Assembly: GCA_963697435.1 (NCBI GenBank)
Contig: CAVOOB010000005.1
Coordinates: forward strand, 55,377-119,376
Direction of reading: 5' to 3'
Length of the DNA stretch: 64,000 nucleotides
DNA from: an uncultured Gemmatimonadales bacterium
GTDB taxonomy: Bacteria; Gemmatimonadota; Gemmatimonadetes; Gemmatimonadales; GWC2-71-9
In this document: positions 51,011-61,020 of the stretch, piece by piece
Layout: each line of letters opens with the position of its first letter
How positions within the stretch are numbered: position 1 is the stretch's first letter
Notes under the pieces: model-generated
What the model was told of the DNA's origin: nothing
The model's database searches: none
The model's input: only the letters and a program-made list of their open reading frames with translations
Translations under genes and position numbers: made by a program

Positions 51011-51040
51011 GAAGGCCTCGCACCCCGGTGCGGGGCCTTC
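51011..51040 (+). terminator. rho-independent terminator after efp
   Basis: GAAGGCCTCGCA (51011-51022) pairs with TGCGGGGCCTTC (51029-51040), with one G-U pair and loop CCCCGG. It is followed by TATCTT. Confidence 0.6.
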
Positions 51041-51081
51041 TATCTTGAGGGACCTCTCCCTCCCGCAACCGGAGCCTCCGC

Positions 51082-52857
51082 ATGCAGTTGGTGACGCTTG
51101 ACTGGGTCATCGTCGTCCTGTCGCTCGCGGTTGCATTCCTGCCTGCCGTGCTGCTCGCCCGTCGCGCCGGCTCCAGCACCGCGGAGTTCTTCACCTCGGG
51201 CCGGGCCGCACCCTGGTGGCTGATCGGCGTCTCGATGGTCGCCACCACCTTCAGTACCGACACGCCGAACCTGGTGACCAACCTCGTGCGCGAGCACGGC
51301 GTGGCCAACAACTGGCTCTGGTGGTCGTTCCTGCTCACCGGAATGGCCACGGTGTTCTTCTACGCCCGGCTCTGGCGGCGCTCCGGGGTGCTCACCGACC
51401 TGGAGTTCTACGAAATCCGCTATGCCGGTCGCCCCGCCCGGCTGGTACGCGGATTCCGCGCGGTCTACCTGGGGCTCTTCTTCAATTGCGTCATCATGGC
51501 CACGGTCAACCTCGCCGCGGTCAAGATTGCCAACGTGATCCTCGGCTGGCCGATGTGGCAGACGCTGGCCGTCTGCGCCGTCCTCAACATCGCCTTCGCC
51601 GCCACCGCCGGTCTCTGGGGTGTGCTGGTGACAGACCTGATCCAGTTCGGCATCGCCATGGCCGGCTCCTTCGCCGCGGCCTACTTCGCCCTCCAGCAGC
51701 CGGAGGTCGGCGGGCTCAGCGGTCTGATGACCCGCCTCGATCCCGGCACGTTGCAGCTCCTCCCCGATTTCGGCGACTGGCAGCTTGCCCTCTCGGTCCT
51801 GATCATCCCCATCACCGTGCAGTGGTGGAGCGTCTGGTATCCCGGCGCCGAACCGGGCGGGGGGAGCTACATCGCGCAGCGGATGCTCGCCGCCCGCAGC
51901 GAGCGCGACGCGATGGCCGGCACCCTGTTCTTCAACGTCGCCCACTACGCGCTGCGCTCCTGGCCCTGGATCATCGTCGCGCTTGCCTCACTGCTGGTCT
52001 ACCCGCAGCTCTCCGACATCGCCGTCAGCTTTCCAGACGTCGACCCGGCACTCATCGGTCACGACATGGCCTACCCCGCCATGCTCAAGTTCCTCCCCGT
52101 CGGATGGCTCGGTATCATGGTTGCCGGCCTCCTGGCCGCGTACGTCTCGACCATTGCCACGCACCTGAACTGGGGCACCTCCTACCTCGTGCACGACCTC
52201 TACCGCCGGTTCATGCGCACCGATGCAAGCGAGCGGCACTATGTGATGGTGGGCCGGATCATGACAGCGGTGCTCATGCTTCTGGCCGCCGGACTCACCT
52301 TCGTCCTCGAGACCGCGAGCCAGAGCTTCCAACTGTTGCTGTCGATCGGCGCGGGGACGGGTCTCCTCTACCTTCTGCGTTGGTTCTGGTGGCGGATCAA
52401 CGCCTGGAGCGAGGTCAGCGCCATGGTGAGCTCCTTCCTGCTCGCGGCGGGCTTCCTGTACGCGCAGAAGCACGGCTTCCCGATGGACACGACCGTCCAG
52501 CTGCTCCTCAGTGTCGGCATCACCACCGTCGTTTGGGTGACGGTCACGCTGCTCACCGCCCCCACGGAGCGGAGCACCCTGCTCAGCTTCTTCAAGCTCG
52601 TCCGTCCAGCGGGACCAGGCTGGCGCTCCGTTCAGGCCGAATCGGGCGTCGCCCCCTCCCCCGACAGCCTCCCGATGGCCTTCCTCGGCTGGATGCTCGG
52701 GTGCACCGCGGTGTACACCGCCCTGTTCGGGGTGGGGAGCCTGCTGTACGGCCGCCTCCCGCAGGGCCTCATCTTCATGGCCGTGTTCGCACTGTCGTCG
52801 TGGTGGCTGGCCCGCCTGCTCCCCGCCATGTGGGGTGGGGCGGGCCGAGCAGAGTGA
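51082..52857 (+). CDS. sodium:solute symporter (SSS) family transporter
   Basis: Track ORF 51082..52857, 591 aa. It has 13-14 TM helices with SSS-like blocks (GRAAPWWLIGVSMVATTFSTDTP, GGSYIAQRMLA). Confidence 0.8.
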   Translation: MQLVTLDWVIVVLSLAVAFLPAVLLARRAGSSTAEFFTSGRAAPWWLIGVSMVATTFSTDTPNLVTNLVREHGVANNWLWWSFLLTGMATVFFYARLWRRSGVLTDLEFYEIRYAGRPARLVRGFRAVYLGLFFNCVIMATVNLAAVKIANVILGWPMWQTLAVCAVLNIAFAATAGLWGVLVTDLIQFGIAMAGSFAAAYFALQQPEVGGLSGLMTRLDPGTLQLLPDFGDWQLALSVLIIPITVQWWSVWYPGAEPGGGSYIAQRMLAARSERDAMAGTLFFNVAHYALRSWPWIIVALASLLVYPQLSDIAVSFPDVDPALIGHDMAYPAMLKFLPVGWLGIMVAGLLAAYVSTIATHLNWGTSYLVHDLYRRFMRTDASERHYVMVGRIMTAVLMLLAAGLTFVLETASQSFQLLLSIGAGTGLLYLLRWFWWRINAWSEVSAMVSSFLLAAGFLYAQKHGFPMDTTVQLLLSVGITTVVWVTVTLLTAPTERSTLLSFFKLVRPAGPGWRSVQAESGVAPSPDSLPMAFLGWMLGCTAVYTALFGVGSLLYGRLPQGLIFMAVFALSSWWLARLLPAMWGGAGRAE

Positions 52858-53663
52858 AGCGCGCCGTCATCCTGGCCCGTGGACTCGGCCGCCGGATGCG
52901 GCAGGCCGATCCCGGCGCGGTCCTCGCGCCGGCACAGGACGCCGTGGCCGACCAGGGAATCAAGGGGATGATCCCTGTCGGGCGGCCATTCCTCGACTTC
53001 CTCCTCTCCTCCCTGGCGGATGCCGGGTTCACGGAGATCTGCCTCGTCATCGGCCCCGAGCACCAGTCGGTGCGCGAGCACTACGGAGCGCCGGGGCGCC
53101 TGACGAGAATCGCCGTCTCTTTTGCGACGCAGGAGGAGCCGCGCGGCACCGCCGATGCCGTCCTCGCCGCGGAGGCCTTCACGGCTGGCGACCAGTTCCT
53201 CGTGTGCAACGCTGACAACTACTATCCCGCCAGCGTGCTCGCCGCACTGCGGGCGCTCGGCGGGCCCGGACTGGCCGGGTTCGACCGTTCCGCGCTCGTG
53301 GAGCTCAGCAACATCCCCGCCGACCGGGTCAATCAATTCGCGCTCCTCGTCGAGGGCCCCGGCGGCCTGCTCCAGGACATCATCGAGAAACCCGACGCCG
53401 CCACCGCCGCGCGGCTTGGACCGGAAGCCCGCATCAGCATGAATGCGTGGGCGTTCGGGCCGGACATCTTCGACGCCTGCCGGCGCGTGGCGCCGTCGAC
53501 ACGCGGTGAGCTCGAAATTCAGGACGCGGTGCGGTACGCCATCCAGACCCTCGGAACCCGCTTTGTCGTCGTGCCGGTGCGCGCCGGTGTGCTCGACCTC
53601 TCGAATCGTGGCGACATCGCCGCCGTGGTCGAGCGTCTCGAGGGCGCCGAGGTGACGCTCTGA
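52854..53663 (+). CDS. sugar-1-phosphate nucleotidyltransferase family protein
   Basis: This is the last 269 codons of track ORF 51216..53663, from GTG 52854 (GTGA overlap with the transporter stop). It has the motif AVILARGLGRRM (GxGxR) and a GTADAV block. Confidence 0.75.
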   Translation: MKRAVILARGLGRRMRQADPGAVLAPAQDAVADQGIKGMIPVGRPFLDFLLSSLADAGFTEICLVIGPEHQSVREHYGAPGRLTRIAVSFATQEEPRGTADAVLAAEAFTAGDQFLVCNADNYYPASVLAALRALGGPGLAGFDRSALVELSNIPADRVNQFALLVEGPGGLLQDIIEKPDAATAARLGPEARISMNAWAFGPDIFDACRRVAPSTRGELEIQDAVRYAIQTLGTRFVVVPVRAGVLDLSNRGDIAAVVERLEGAEVTL

Positions 53664-53686
53664 CCGGCGCGAACCTGGGCGAGCGG

Positions 53687-54937
53687 GTGCGTGCCGCCCT
53701 GGATGCCGGGGGCCGGGAGGTAGCCCTCTGGCACGTCCCGGGCCGGGTGGAATTGCTGGGCAAGCACACCGACTACGCGGGGGGCCGCAGCCTCCTCGGC
53801 GCGATCGATCGCGGGCTCGTCATCGGCATGGCACCGAGGGACGACGACACCGTGACCTTCCTCGACTCCTCGAGTGGCGCGCGGGCCGCCTTCCGGCTCG
53901 AGCCGGACCTGGTAGCGCTCACGGGGCGTTGGGCCGGATTCCCCATGACCGTTGCCCGCCGGATTGCTCGGAATTTCCCGGGGGCGGACCGGGGCGCGGA
54001 CCTCGCGCTCGCCAGCAATCTCCCCTCCGCCGCGGGGATGAGCAGTTCCAGCGCGCTGATCATCGCCACGTTCCTCGCGCTCGCCGAGGTGAACGACCTC
54101 CGTGGCAGTGAAGCCTGGCGCGAGCACCTTGCCACCCCGGAAGCACTGGCGGAATACCTCGGCTGCATCGAGAACGGCCAGAGCTTCGGTGCGCTCAGCG
54201 GCGACCGCGGCATCGGTACCTTCGGCGGAAGCCAGGATCACACCGCCATCCTCTGCTGCAGGGCGGGCCACATCAGTCGCTACTCCTTCGCGCCCGTCAC
54301 CTTCGAGGGCGAGATCGCCTGGCCGGCGGGGATGGCGCTCGTAATCGCCGTGAGTGGCGTCAAGTCGCGCAAGTCGGGGCCGCAGCGTGATGCGTTCAAC
54401 CGGCTGTCGCTCGCCACGCGGACCATTCTCGATCGGTGGCGCCAGGCGTCGGGCTCACAGGCAACCACCCTTGCAGCCGCGGCGTCGGAGCCGGGAACTC
54501 CCGAGGCCATTGGCCAATTCCTGTCGGACCTCTCTGAGCCAGGCTTCCCGTCCGAATTCCTGACGGGGCGATTCCGGCAGTTCGTGACGGAGAGTTCCGA
54601 AATCATCCCGGCAGCGACCCGTGCACTCGAAGGCGGCGACCTGCGGCAGTTCGGTGAGCTGGTCGATCGTTCACAGCGCGGCGCCGAAGAGGGGCTGCAC
54701 AACCAGGTCCCCGAGACCATCCACCTGGCCCGCCGCGCGCGGGCACTGGGCGCCCACGCCGCATCGGCGTTCGGCGCCGGTTTCGGCGGGAGCGTCTGGG
54801 CAATGGTAGACGCCTCCGAGGCCGACCGGTTTGGGAAGCAATGGATCGGGGAATACCGCCACACTTTCCCGGCCGCAGCGCGAAGAGCAGAATGCATTTT
54901 GACTGGATTGGGGCCGGCGGCCCGGCGCATCGACTGA
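53687..54937 (+). CDS. GHMP-family anomeric sugar kinase (galactokinase-like)
   Basis: Track ORF 53687..54937. It has the galactokinase signature PGRVELLGKHTDYAGG and the GHMP ATP motif NLPSAAGMSSSSAL. The start could lie slightly upstream. Confidence 0.8.
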   Translation: MRAALDAGGREVALWHVPGRVELLGKHTDYAGGRSLLGAIDRGLVIGMAPRDDDTVTFLDSSSGARAAFRLEPDLVALTGRWAGFPMTVARRIARNFPGADRGADLALASNLPSAAGMSSSSALIIATFLALAEVNDLRGSEAWREHLATPEALAEYLGCIENGQSFGALSGDRGIGTFGGSQDHTAILCCRAGHISRYSFAPVTFEGEIAWPAGMALVIAVSGVKSRKSGPQRDAFNRLSLATRTILDRWRQASGSQATTLAAAASEPGTPEAIGQFLSDLSEPGFPSEFLTGRFRQFVTESSEIIPAATRALEGGDLRQFGELVDRSQRGAEEGLHNQVPETIHLARRARALGAHAASAFGAGFGGSVWAMVDASEADRFGKQWIGEYRHTFPAAARRAECILTGLGPAARRID

Positions 54938-54957
54938 CACGAGAATCGAGGGAGACC

Positions 54958-56313
54958 ATGCACGAATCCGACGACCACCGGCTCTCCCGCCGCGATTTCC
55001 TTGGGGCAGGAGCGACTGCGGCGGCCGCGGCACATCTGCTCCCTGGGGCGGTACCCCCGTTCGAGAGTGACTCAGCGGACCGGATGATCGGAGTCCCCTT
55101 CACGCCCAGGACCGTGGCACGAGTCGGGCTGATCGGCGTCGGTGGACGGGGCCGGAGCCTCCTGCGCGACCTGCTCGCGATCGACGGGGTGCAGATCACG
55201 GCGCTGTGCGACCTGGTGCCGGACCACGCGGCGCGCGGGGCCGCCATGGTCAGGGAGGCGGGGCAGGACGCGACGCCCGCCATCTTCGAGGGCAGTGAAC
55301 GCATCTGGGAACAACTCGTTGCACGCGACGACATCGACATCGTCTATATCGCCACACCGTGGAACTGGCATGTGCCGATGGCGGTCGGGGCAATGCGCCA
55401 GGGCAAGCACGCCGCGGTGGAGGTCCCTGCCGCCACGACTGTGGACGACTGCTGGACCCTCGTGAAGGTGTCGGAGAAGACCCGCCGGCACTGCATCATG
55501 CTGGAGAATTGCTGCTACGGGTACAACGAGCTCCTGGTGCTCAACCTCGTGAAGGCCGGAAAACTGGGCCGCTTGACGCACGGGGAGTGTGCCTACATCC
55601 ACGACCTCCGAGCGCTGTTGCTGAGCGACGAAGGGGAAGGGCTCTGGCGACGGTATCCGCATCTGCAGCTCGACGGAAACCTCTATCCGACGCATGGCCT
55701 CGGGCCGGTGGCCAACTACCTCGGCATCAATCGCGGCGATCGGTTCGACTTCCTCGTCTCGATGAGCAGCCTCGAGGCAGGACTGACGGAATACCGGGAC
55801 GAGCACCTCTCCCCGGCCGATCCCAAGCGGCAGGAGCGGTACCGCACCGGCGACATGAACACCTCGTTGATCAAGACCGCGCTCGGCCGCACGGTGATGC
55901 TGCAGCACGACGTGGTCAGTCCCCGCCCCTACAGCCGGATCAACATGATCTCCGGCACCAGGGGGATCTTCTCCGACTATCCTGCCCGGATCATGCTCGA
56001 GGGCCAGCCCGCAGGAGAAACGTGGGCCGGGCTCGACGGCTACAAGGAAGAGTTCGAGAGCCCGCTCTGGAAGCGGGTCGGCGAACTGGCGCGAAGGCTC
56101 GGTGGGCACGGCGGAATGGACTTCATCATGAACTACCGGCTGATGCAGTGCCTGCGTGAAGGGCTCGTGCCTGACATGGATGTGTACGATGGAGCGAGCT
56201 GGAGCGCACCCGGGCCGCTGAGCGTGACCTCCGTCCTGAAGGGGAGCAAGCCGGTCGACGTGCCCGACTTCACGCGGGGGGCCTGGCGCACCCAGCGCCC
56301 GGTCATGGGCTAA
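54958..56313 (+). CDS. Gfo/Idh/MocA-fold, GH109-like NAD-dependent glycosidase with a Tat signal
   Basis: Track ORF 54841..56313, trimmed to ATG 54958 behind GGGAGA. It has the twin-arginine motif SRRDFLGAGA, the Rossmann motif VGLIGVGGRG and the ENCCYG block, which as I recall is typical of GH109 alpha-N-acetylgalactosaminidases. Confidence 0.7.
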   Translation: MHESDDHRLSRRDFLGAGATAAAAAHLLPGAVPPFESDSADRMIGVPFTPRTVARVGLIGVGGRGRSLLRDLLAIDGVQITALCDLVPDHAARGAAMVREAGQDATPAIFEGSERIWEQLVARDDIDIVYIATPWNWHVPMAVGAMRQGKHAAVEVPAATTVDDCWTLVKVSEKTRRHCIMLENCCYGYNELLVLNLVKAGKLGRLTHGECAYIHDLRALLLSDEGEGLWRRYPHLQLDGNLYPTHGLGPVANYLGINRGDRFDFLVSMSSLEAGLTEYRDEHLSPADPKRQERYRTGDMNTSLIKTALGRTVMLQHDVVSPRPYSRINMISGTRGIFSDYPARIMLEGQPAGETWAGLDGYKEEFESPLWKRVGELARRLGGHGGMDFIMNYRLMQCLREGLVPDMDVYDGASWSAPGPLSVTSVLKGSKPVDVPDFTRGAWRTQRPVMG

Positions 56314-56972
56314 GGGGCATTCGCCGCGGCCACCAGCGCGCGCACTCCCTCCGGGTCAACCGGGGTCCGGCTGTGAATCTCGGTGACACCTGTCAGTCGC
56401 ACGAGCGCCGCAACGTTGTGCGCCCGGACGTTTCCGGCCGCGATGATGCCGATCCTCCCCGCCGCTCTCTCCACCAGCGCCCCTATCCTGACCGTGCCTC
56501 TCGCAGCCGTCGCGGCACCCCCTGCCGTAAGTACGCGCGCCACCCCACCCTGCTCCAGATCCGCCAAGCCGGACAACTGGTCCGCGGCCGCGTCGAACGC
56601 CCGGTGAAAGGTGACTGGAAGCTGCCCTGCCGCACCGACAATGGCCTCGAGCGCCTGCCCGTCGATTGCGCCGGCCGATGTCAGGGCGCCGGCGACGATG
56701 CCCGCCGCGCCGCGAGCAGCTGCCATCCGGATGTCTTCGAGGAGTCCGTCGAGTTCGGAAGATGAAAGGACGAACGGGCCCGGAACGCGGCGCGCCAGGA
56801 CGAACACCGGGATCGAGAGGCGACGGACACATTCCGCGATCAGGTCGCCGGGGGGCGTCAGCCCCCCAACCTCCAGCGAGCCACAGAGTTCAACACGACC
56901 GGCCCCGCCCTCCTCGGCCGTGATGGCCCCCGCGAGGGTATCGACACAGGCTTCCACTACGACGCGTGGCAT
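56310..56972 (-). CDS. cutC: CutC-family protein
   Basis: Track ORF 56310..56972 (VEACVDTLAGAITAEEGGAGRVELC...FHRAFD). Its TAG overlaps the TAA of the convergent GH109 gene by 3 nt (CTAA, 56310-56313). Confidence 0.8.
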   Translation of the reverse strand: MPRVVVEACVDTLAGAITAEEGGAGRVELCGSLEVGGLTPPGDLIAECVRRLSIPVFVLARRVPGPFVLSSSELDGLLEDIRMAAARGAAGIVAGALTSAGAIDGQALEAIVGAAGQLPVTFHRAFDAAADQLSGLADLEQGGVARVLTAGGAATAARGTVRIGALVERAAGRIGIIAAGNVRAHNVAALVRLTGVTEIHSRTPVDPEGVRALVAAANAP

Positions 56973-57103
56973 GGTGACAAGATCGCTCCCCTTCGCCGCA
57001 AGCGCGAGGTCGGGACGCCCTTCCCTCTGGGAGTTCCGTATTGCATCTTCAGGGGGTTGCCGGCGCAGTTGCCGGCCCGTGGTCCACTCACTGGAGGAAT
57101 CCC

Positions 57104-57664
57104 ATGCTCAGCCTGACCCTGCTGGCCCTCGCCGGCAGCCTGACCGCCGCCCCGGCGGACACGACCTACAACAAAGTGACCCTGCCCGGCACCGTCCAGG
57201 TCGGTGGTCAGACCCTGGTGCTGAACGGCGTGGCCCTCCGCAAGAAGGCCATCTTCAAGGTCTACGTTGCCGGGCTCTACCTCCCGGCCAAGTCCAATAA
57301 CCCCGATGCGGTCCTTGCCGACGACACGCATCGCGAGTTGGTCATGCAGTTCCTGCGCGACGTCGGCAAGGACAAGATGTGCGAGGCGTGGGACGAGGCG
57401 CTCGAGAAGAACACGCCGGACGCGTCGGCCGAGCTCAAGGCCCAGTTCGTGACGCTCTGTGGCTACATGGAGGACATCAAGAAGGAACAGCAGTTTGTCT
57501 TCACCTACGTCGCCGGGACCGGGACAGAGGTGAAGGTGGCTGGCGTGGCGAAGGGCACCATCCAGGGCAAGGAGTTCGCCGATGCGCTGTTCAAGGCGTG
57601 GATCGGTCCGAACCCCGGCCCGGGAACTGGTTTCCGGGACGACCTGATGGGAATCAAGGACTGA
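57104..57664 (+). CDS. secreted chalcone-isomerase-like family protein
   Basis: Track ORF 57041..57664, trimmed to ATG 57104 behind GGAGGA. It has a signal peptide and the block LVLNGVALRKKAIFKVYVAGLYLP. Confidence 0.7.
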   Translation: MLSLTLLALAGSLTAAPADTTYNKVTLPGTVQVGGQTLVLNGVALRKKAIFKVYVAGLYLPAKSNNPDAVLADDTHRELVMQFLRDVGKDKMCEAWDEALEKNTPDASAELKAQFVTLCGYMEDIKKEQQFVFTYVAGTGTEVKVAGVAKGTIQGKEFADALFKAWIGPNPGPGTGFRDDLMGIKD

Positions 57665-57676
57665 GCAGCAACCAAG

Positions 57677-57703
57677 GCGGGGAAGTGGGGAGGTCTTCCC
57701 CGC
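57677..57703. terminator. hairpin between convergent genes
   Basis: GCGGGGAAG (57677-57685) and CTTCCCCGC (57695-57703) flank a 9-nt loop. There is no strong T-tract. Confidence 0.4.
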
Positions 57704-57734
57704 TTCCCCGCGTTCCCGCCTCCAGTCGCCCCGC

Positions 57735-60700
57735 CTACTTCTCCCCTGCCAACCCCGCCATCCGCTCGCGTACTTCCTTCACTTGCGGCTGCAGGACGGC
57801 ATCGGCGTCCCGCCAGAGATTGACGAAGTCGCCGTAATACCCGAGCGCCTTGGCCCGGTCACCACGGGTCTCGTACATCTCGCCGAGCCGGCGATAGGTG
57901 GGCCCAAGCTGGTACGACGTATTGCCGAAATCCGATCGTGCGTCCGGCAGGGTGACGGAGCGCTCGTATCGCTCGAGAGCGGAATCGGGCTCCCCGGCCT
58001 GTTCCCACGCCCGCGCCGCCTCGAAGAGATCGCAGTTGGGGCAGCGGGTCATTACCCGGTGCGCGTCGAAGGCCATCGCCGCATCCGCCCATCGGCGTTC
58101 GCTCCGTGCATGAATGGCAACCCAGAAGACCGAGTCCTCGACCGACTGCTCCTCGAGCGGCCTCACCCGCTTCCATTCTTTGTGAAGTTGCTGCACGCGG
58201 TCCGCTCGGCCGGAGATCGAGTACGCGTACGCCAAGCCCATATAGTTGCGCTGGTCCTCCGGCAAGGCATTCAGGATCGCCGGCTGACTGAACGAATCCG
58301 CCATCTCGACGAGTGCCTTTGGATCGTCGAGAAACGCATATCTGAACTGCGCAGGCAGCGTGCTCAGATACTGCACCGCGGATTGTGCACCCGCTGCCGA
58401 AAGCATGGACGAGAGCCTCGAGGCGGCCGCTTCGGCCTCCTGCAAGTGACCCAGCGCGGTCGCGACCTCGACCCGCTCCCACCCTTCTCTGGCGCGGTCC
58501 GCCGGGGAGGTTCCCTGGACGGTGGCCGGGTCCCGGAGCAGTGAATCCGCAGCACGGTAGTCGCGGCGGATGTAGGCGCGAGAACGCCGCATCATGTCGG
58601 CGTCGGGGCTGGTCGGATAACGGCGTCTCATTTCGGCAATCGCCGAGTCGGCGGCCGCATCCTTGCCAAGCAGCTGGAGCGAATGGATCAGGTTGAGCAG
58701 CCCACTCTGAATCTGTGAGGTGGCCACCAGATGGCGGAGGAGCACCTCCCCCTCCTCCGGTTTCCCTTGCGCGTTCAGCAACAGGCCGAGGTTGTTGAGC
58801 GCGGTGATTTCGTCGGGATCAGCCGCCAAAACCGACCGGTAGGCAGCCTCCTCCAGTTCCGGATCCTCGGTCACAATACTGTGGTAGTACGCCTCGGTGA
58901 GCCCCCGCTCGACCGGCGGCAGCCGCTCGCGATACTGATAGGCGCGCTTCGCGGCCTCCAGCGATTCCTCCCCGCTGCCCGGCAGCGCCTGCGGCAGCAC
59001 CACCGCCAGCTTCCGCCACGCCATGGCAAAGGTGCTGTCGATCGCTACCGCCTGCCGGAGGAGAGGGATCGCCCCCTCTGAATCGCCATCGCCGTGCTTG
59101 TCGGTGGCCTCGGTGTACAACCGCAGGGCCTCGAAGGAACCCGTGGTGACCTGCTCCAGCCGCTGGGAGCCGCGGATCCGGCCCAGCGATTCCCCGACCT
59201 TCTCCCTCAGTGCCTTCGAGAGCCTGTCGACCGCCGAGATGAGCTGGGAGGCGTCGGCTGCGGTCTCCCGGATCGGGACCAGCGTCTCTCCGGTGTTGGC
59301 GTCGAGCACGCGCGCGGCCAGCGAGTAGCCGGAGCCGAGGGAGGTGATTTCGCCGGTGATGATCGCCTTGATGCCTTCGCGGCGCGCCACATCGCTCGCC
59401 AGCGTCTGGTCTACCCTTGAATCGGCTGCCCTGCCCATTCGTCGGAGCGCGGCCTGCAAGTCACCGGTCTCGACCAGGCGCATGACGTTCGACTGGCCCA
59501 AGTCGATGCGGAGCGCCTCGGTCACCGACGCGCCCAGCGTCGGGTCGCTGGTCCGGTTCTCGAACTCGACCAGGATGATCCGGTCCTGCGCGGCCAGCAC
59601 CCCGGCGCTCATCAGGGTGCTGCCAGGCCCGATCCCCATCTTGCGCGAGATCAGGAATCCCGCGCCGAGCAGCGCCACGAGGCCGAGCGCCATCCAGCCA
59701 CCCACGATGGTCCGCCGCCAGGTGAACCAGCCATGATGTGCCGGCTCCGGCTCGAAGCGGAGGGTGCCCATGGTCATCTGGACCGCGCGCTTCCGCTCGA
59801 CCCGCCCGGTGTAGGCGATGATCGGCAGTCCGATGGCCATCGCCACCGCCGCCCCCTGCCAGACCCAGTCCGGCAGGTCGAACACCCGCGTGAGTCCAAA
59901 CGCCAGGCCCACCACGACAAGTGACGCAAAGAGAAACAGGCCCAGGACTCGGCCGGGGGCGTAGCGCTTGACCGCCGCATGTGCGTCCTGCCGAGCGGTT
60001 GAAATCGGTTCCGTCGAAGCGGGCGTGGTCCCGCCGGTCGGCGTCGCCATGGCGGTCAGGAGCGAGGCGATCTCGTCGGCGTTCTGGATCCGGTCGGCCG
60101 GGTTCTTCTCCAGGCACTTGAGGACCAGCTCGTTCATCGCCGCGGGAATCGTGTTGCGGTATCGGGCGGGCGGTTCCGGCCGTTCGGCGATGTGCGCCGC
60201 CAGCATACCCTGAGGGGTCGGAGCCACAAACGGCGTCCTGCCGCAGAGCATCTCATACGCCATGGCTCCGACGGCGTAGATGTCGGCGCGCTGATCAACA
60301 CGCGGATCGGCCGCCGCCTGCTCGGGTGCCATGTAGGCCGGCGTGCCGAGCGCGATGCCCAGGGAGGTCAGGTTGGTGTGCCTGTCGCCGCTCGAGGCGC
60401 TCACCGCCTTGGCCACGCCGAAGTCGGTCACCAGCGCATGCTTGCCGGAAAGCATCACGTTGTCGGGCTTGATGTCGCGGTGCACCACCCCGTGATGGTG
60501 GGAATATGCCAGCGCATCCACCACGTTGTGCAGGATGCGCAGTACCTCCGCCATCGGCAGCGCACCCTCACGGGCCAGCCGGGCGCGCAGCGACTCGCCC
60601 TCGATGAACGGCATGACGTAGTAGGCCAGGTCGGCGTTCGCACCGGCGGTCAGGAGCTGGACGATGTGAGGATGCTGGAGGGATGCGGCCAGCTGGATTT

Positions 60701-60887
60701 CCCGCTCGAACCGCTCGGCGTTGACGCCGGCGGCCATATCGGGGGGGAGCACCTTGATGACGACCTGCCGGCCGAGGCGGGTCTCCTCGGCGAGGAAGAC
60801 ACGGCTCATGCCACCGCCGCCGAGCTCACGGAGGATGCGATAGTTGTCGCCTAGGGCCGCGTGCAGGCGGTCCGAGAGTTCGGCCAT
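57735..60887 (-). CDS. Ser/Thr protein kinase with 3 TM helices, a TolB-N/LpoB-like module and a long TPR region (1050 aa)
   Basis: Track ORF 57735..61022, trimmed to ATG 60887 behind GGAGAAGG. It has the kinase motifs GGGGMSRVF...VIKVL, HRDIKPDN, DFG and APE. Confidence 0.9.
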   Translation of the reverse strand: MAELSDRLHAALGDNYRILRELGGGGMSRVFLAEETRLGRQVVIKVLPPDMAAGVNAERFEREIQLAASLQHPHIVQLLTAGANADLAYYVMPFIEGESLRARLAREGALPMAEVLRILHNVVDALAYSHHHGVVHRDIKPDNVMLSGKHALVTDFGVAKAVSASSGDRHTNLTSLGIALGTPAYMAPEQAAADPRVDQRADIYAVGAMAYEMLCGRTPFVAPTPQGMLAAHIAERPEPPARYRNTIPAAMNELVLKCLEKNPADRIQNADEIASLLTAMATPTGGTTPASTEPISTARQDAHAAVKRYAPGRVLGLFLFASLVVVGLAFGLTRVFDLPDWVWQGAAVAMAIGLPIIAYTGRVERKRAVQMTMGTLRFEPEPAHHGWFTWRRTIVGGWMALGLVALLGAGFLISRKMGIGPGSTLMSAGVLAAQDRIILVEFENRTSDPTLGASVTEALRIDLGQSNVMRLVETGDLQAALRRMGRAADSRVDQTLASDVARREGIKAIITGEITSLGSGYSLAARVLDANTGETLVPIRETAADASQLISAVDRLSKALREKVGESLGRIRGSQRLEQVTTGSFEALRLYTEATDKHGDGDSEGAIPLLRQAVAIDSTFAMAWRKLAVVLPQALPGSGEESLEAAKRAYQYRERLPPVERGLTEAYYHSIVTEDPELEEAAYRSVLAADPDEITALNNLGLLLNAQGKPEEGEVLLRHLVATSQIQSGLLNLIHSLQLLGKDAAADSAIAEMRRRYPTSPDADMMRRSRAYIRRDYRAADSLLRDPATVQGTSPADRAREGWERVEVATALGHLQEAEAAASRLSSMLSAAGAQSAVQYLSTLPAQFRYAFLDDPKALVEMADSFSQPAILNALPEDQRNYMGLAYAYSISGRADRVQQLHKEWKRVRPLEEQSVEDSVFWVAIHARSERRWADAAMAFDAHRVMTRCPNCDLFEAARAWEQAGEPDSALERYERSVTLPDARSDFGNTSYQLGPTYRRLGEMYETRGDRAKALGYYGDFVNLWRDADAVLQPQVKEVRERMAGLAGEK

Positions 60888-60920
60888 GCCTTCTCCGAAG
60901 AGGGAAATCCCGCTAATAAT

Positions 60921-60934
60921 GGCCCCATGGGGCC
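60921..60934. promoter_or_regulatory. 14-bp perfect palindrome in the kinase / phosphatase divergent region
   Basis: The sequence is GGCCCCATGGGGCC. It lies 34 nt upstream of the kinase ATG and 87 nt upstream of the PP2C ATG, next to an AT-rich TAATAAT (60914-60920). Confidence 0.4.
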
Positions 60935-61020
60935 GGACATGGAAGGAACTCGCCCCAACCACCCCCGCGGCTTGCGAAGCGACGCCCGGGAGCGGATGTT
61001 GGGGCAAGAGGAGATCCTGC

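Noticed and set aside
51216-52853. First 546 codons of the 815-aa plus-strand ORF 51216..53663
   Set aside because: This part overlaps the SSS transporter out of frame and is Arg/Pro-rich nonsense. Only the part from GTG 52854, the nucleotidyltransferase, has motifs and a stop/start overlap.
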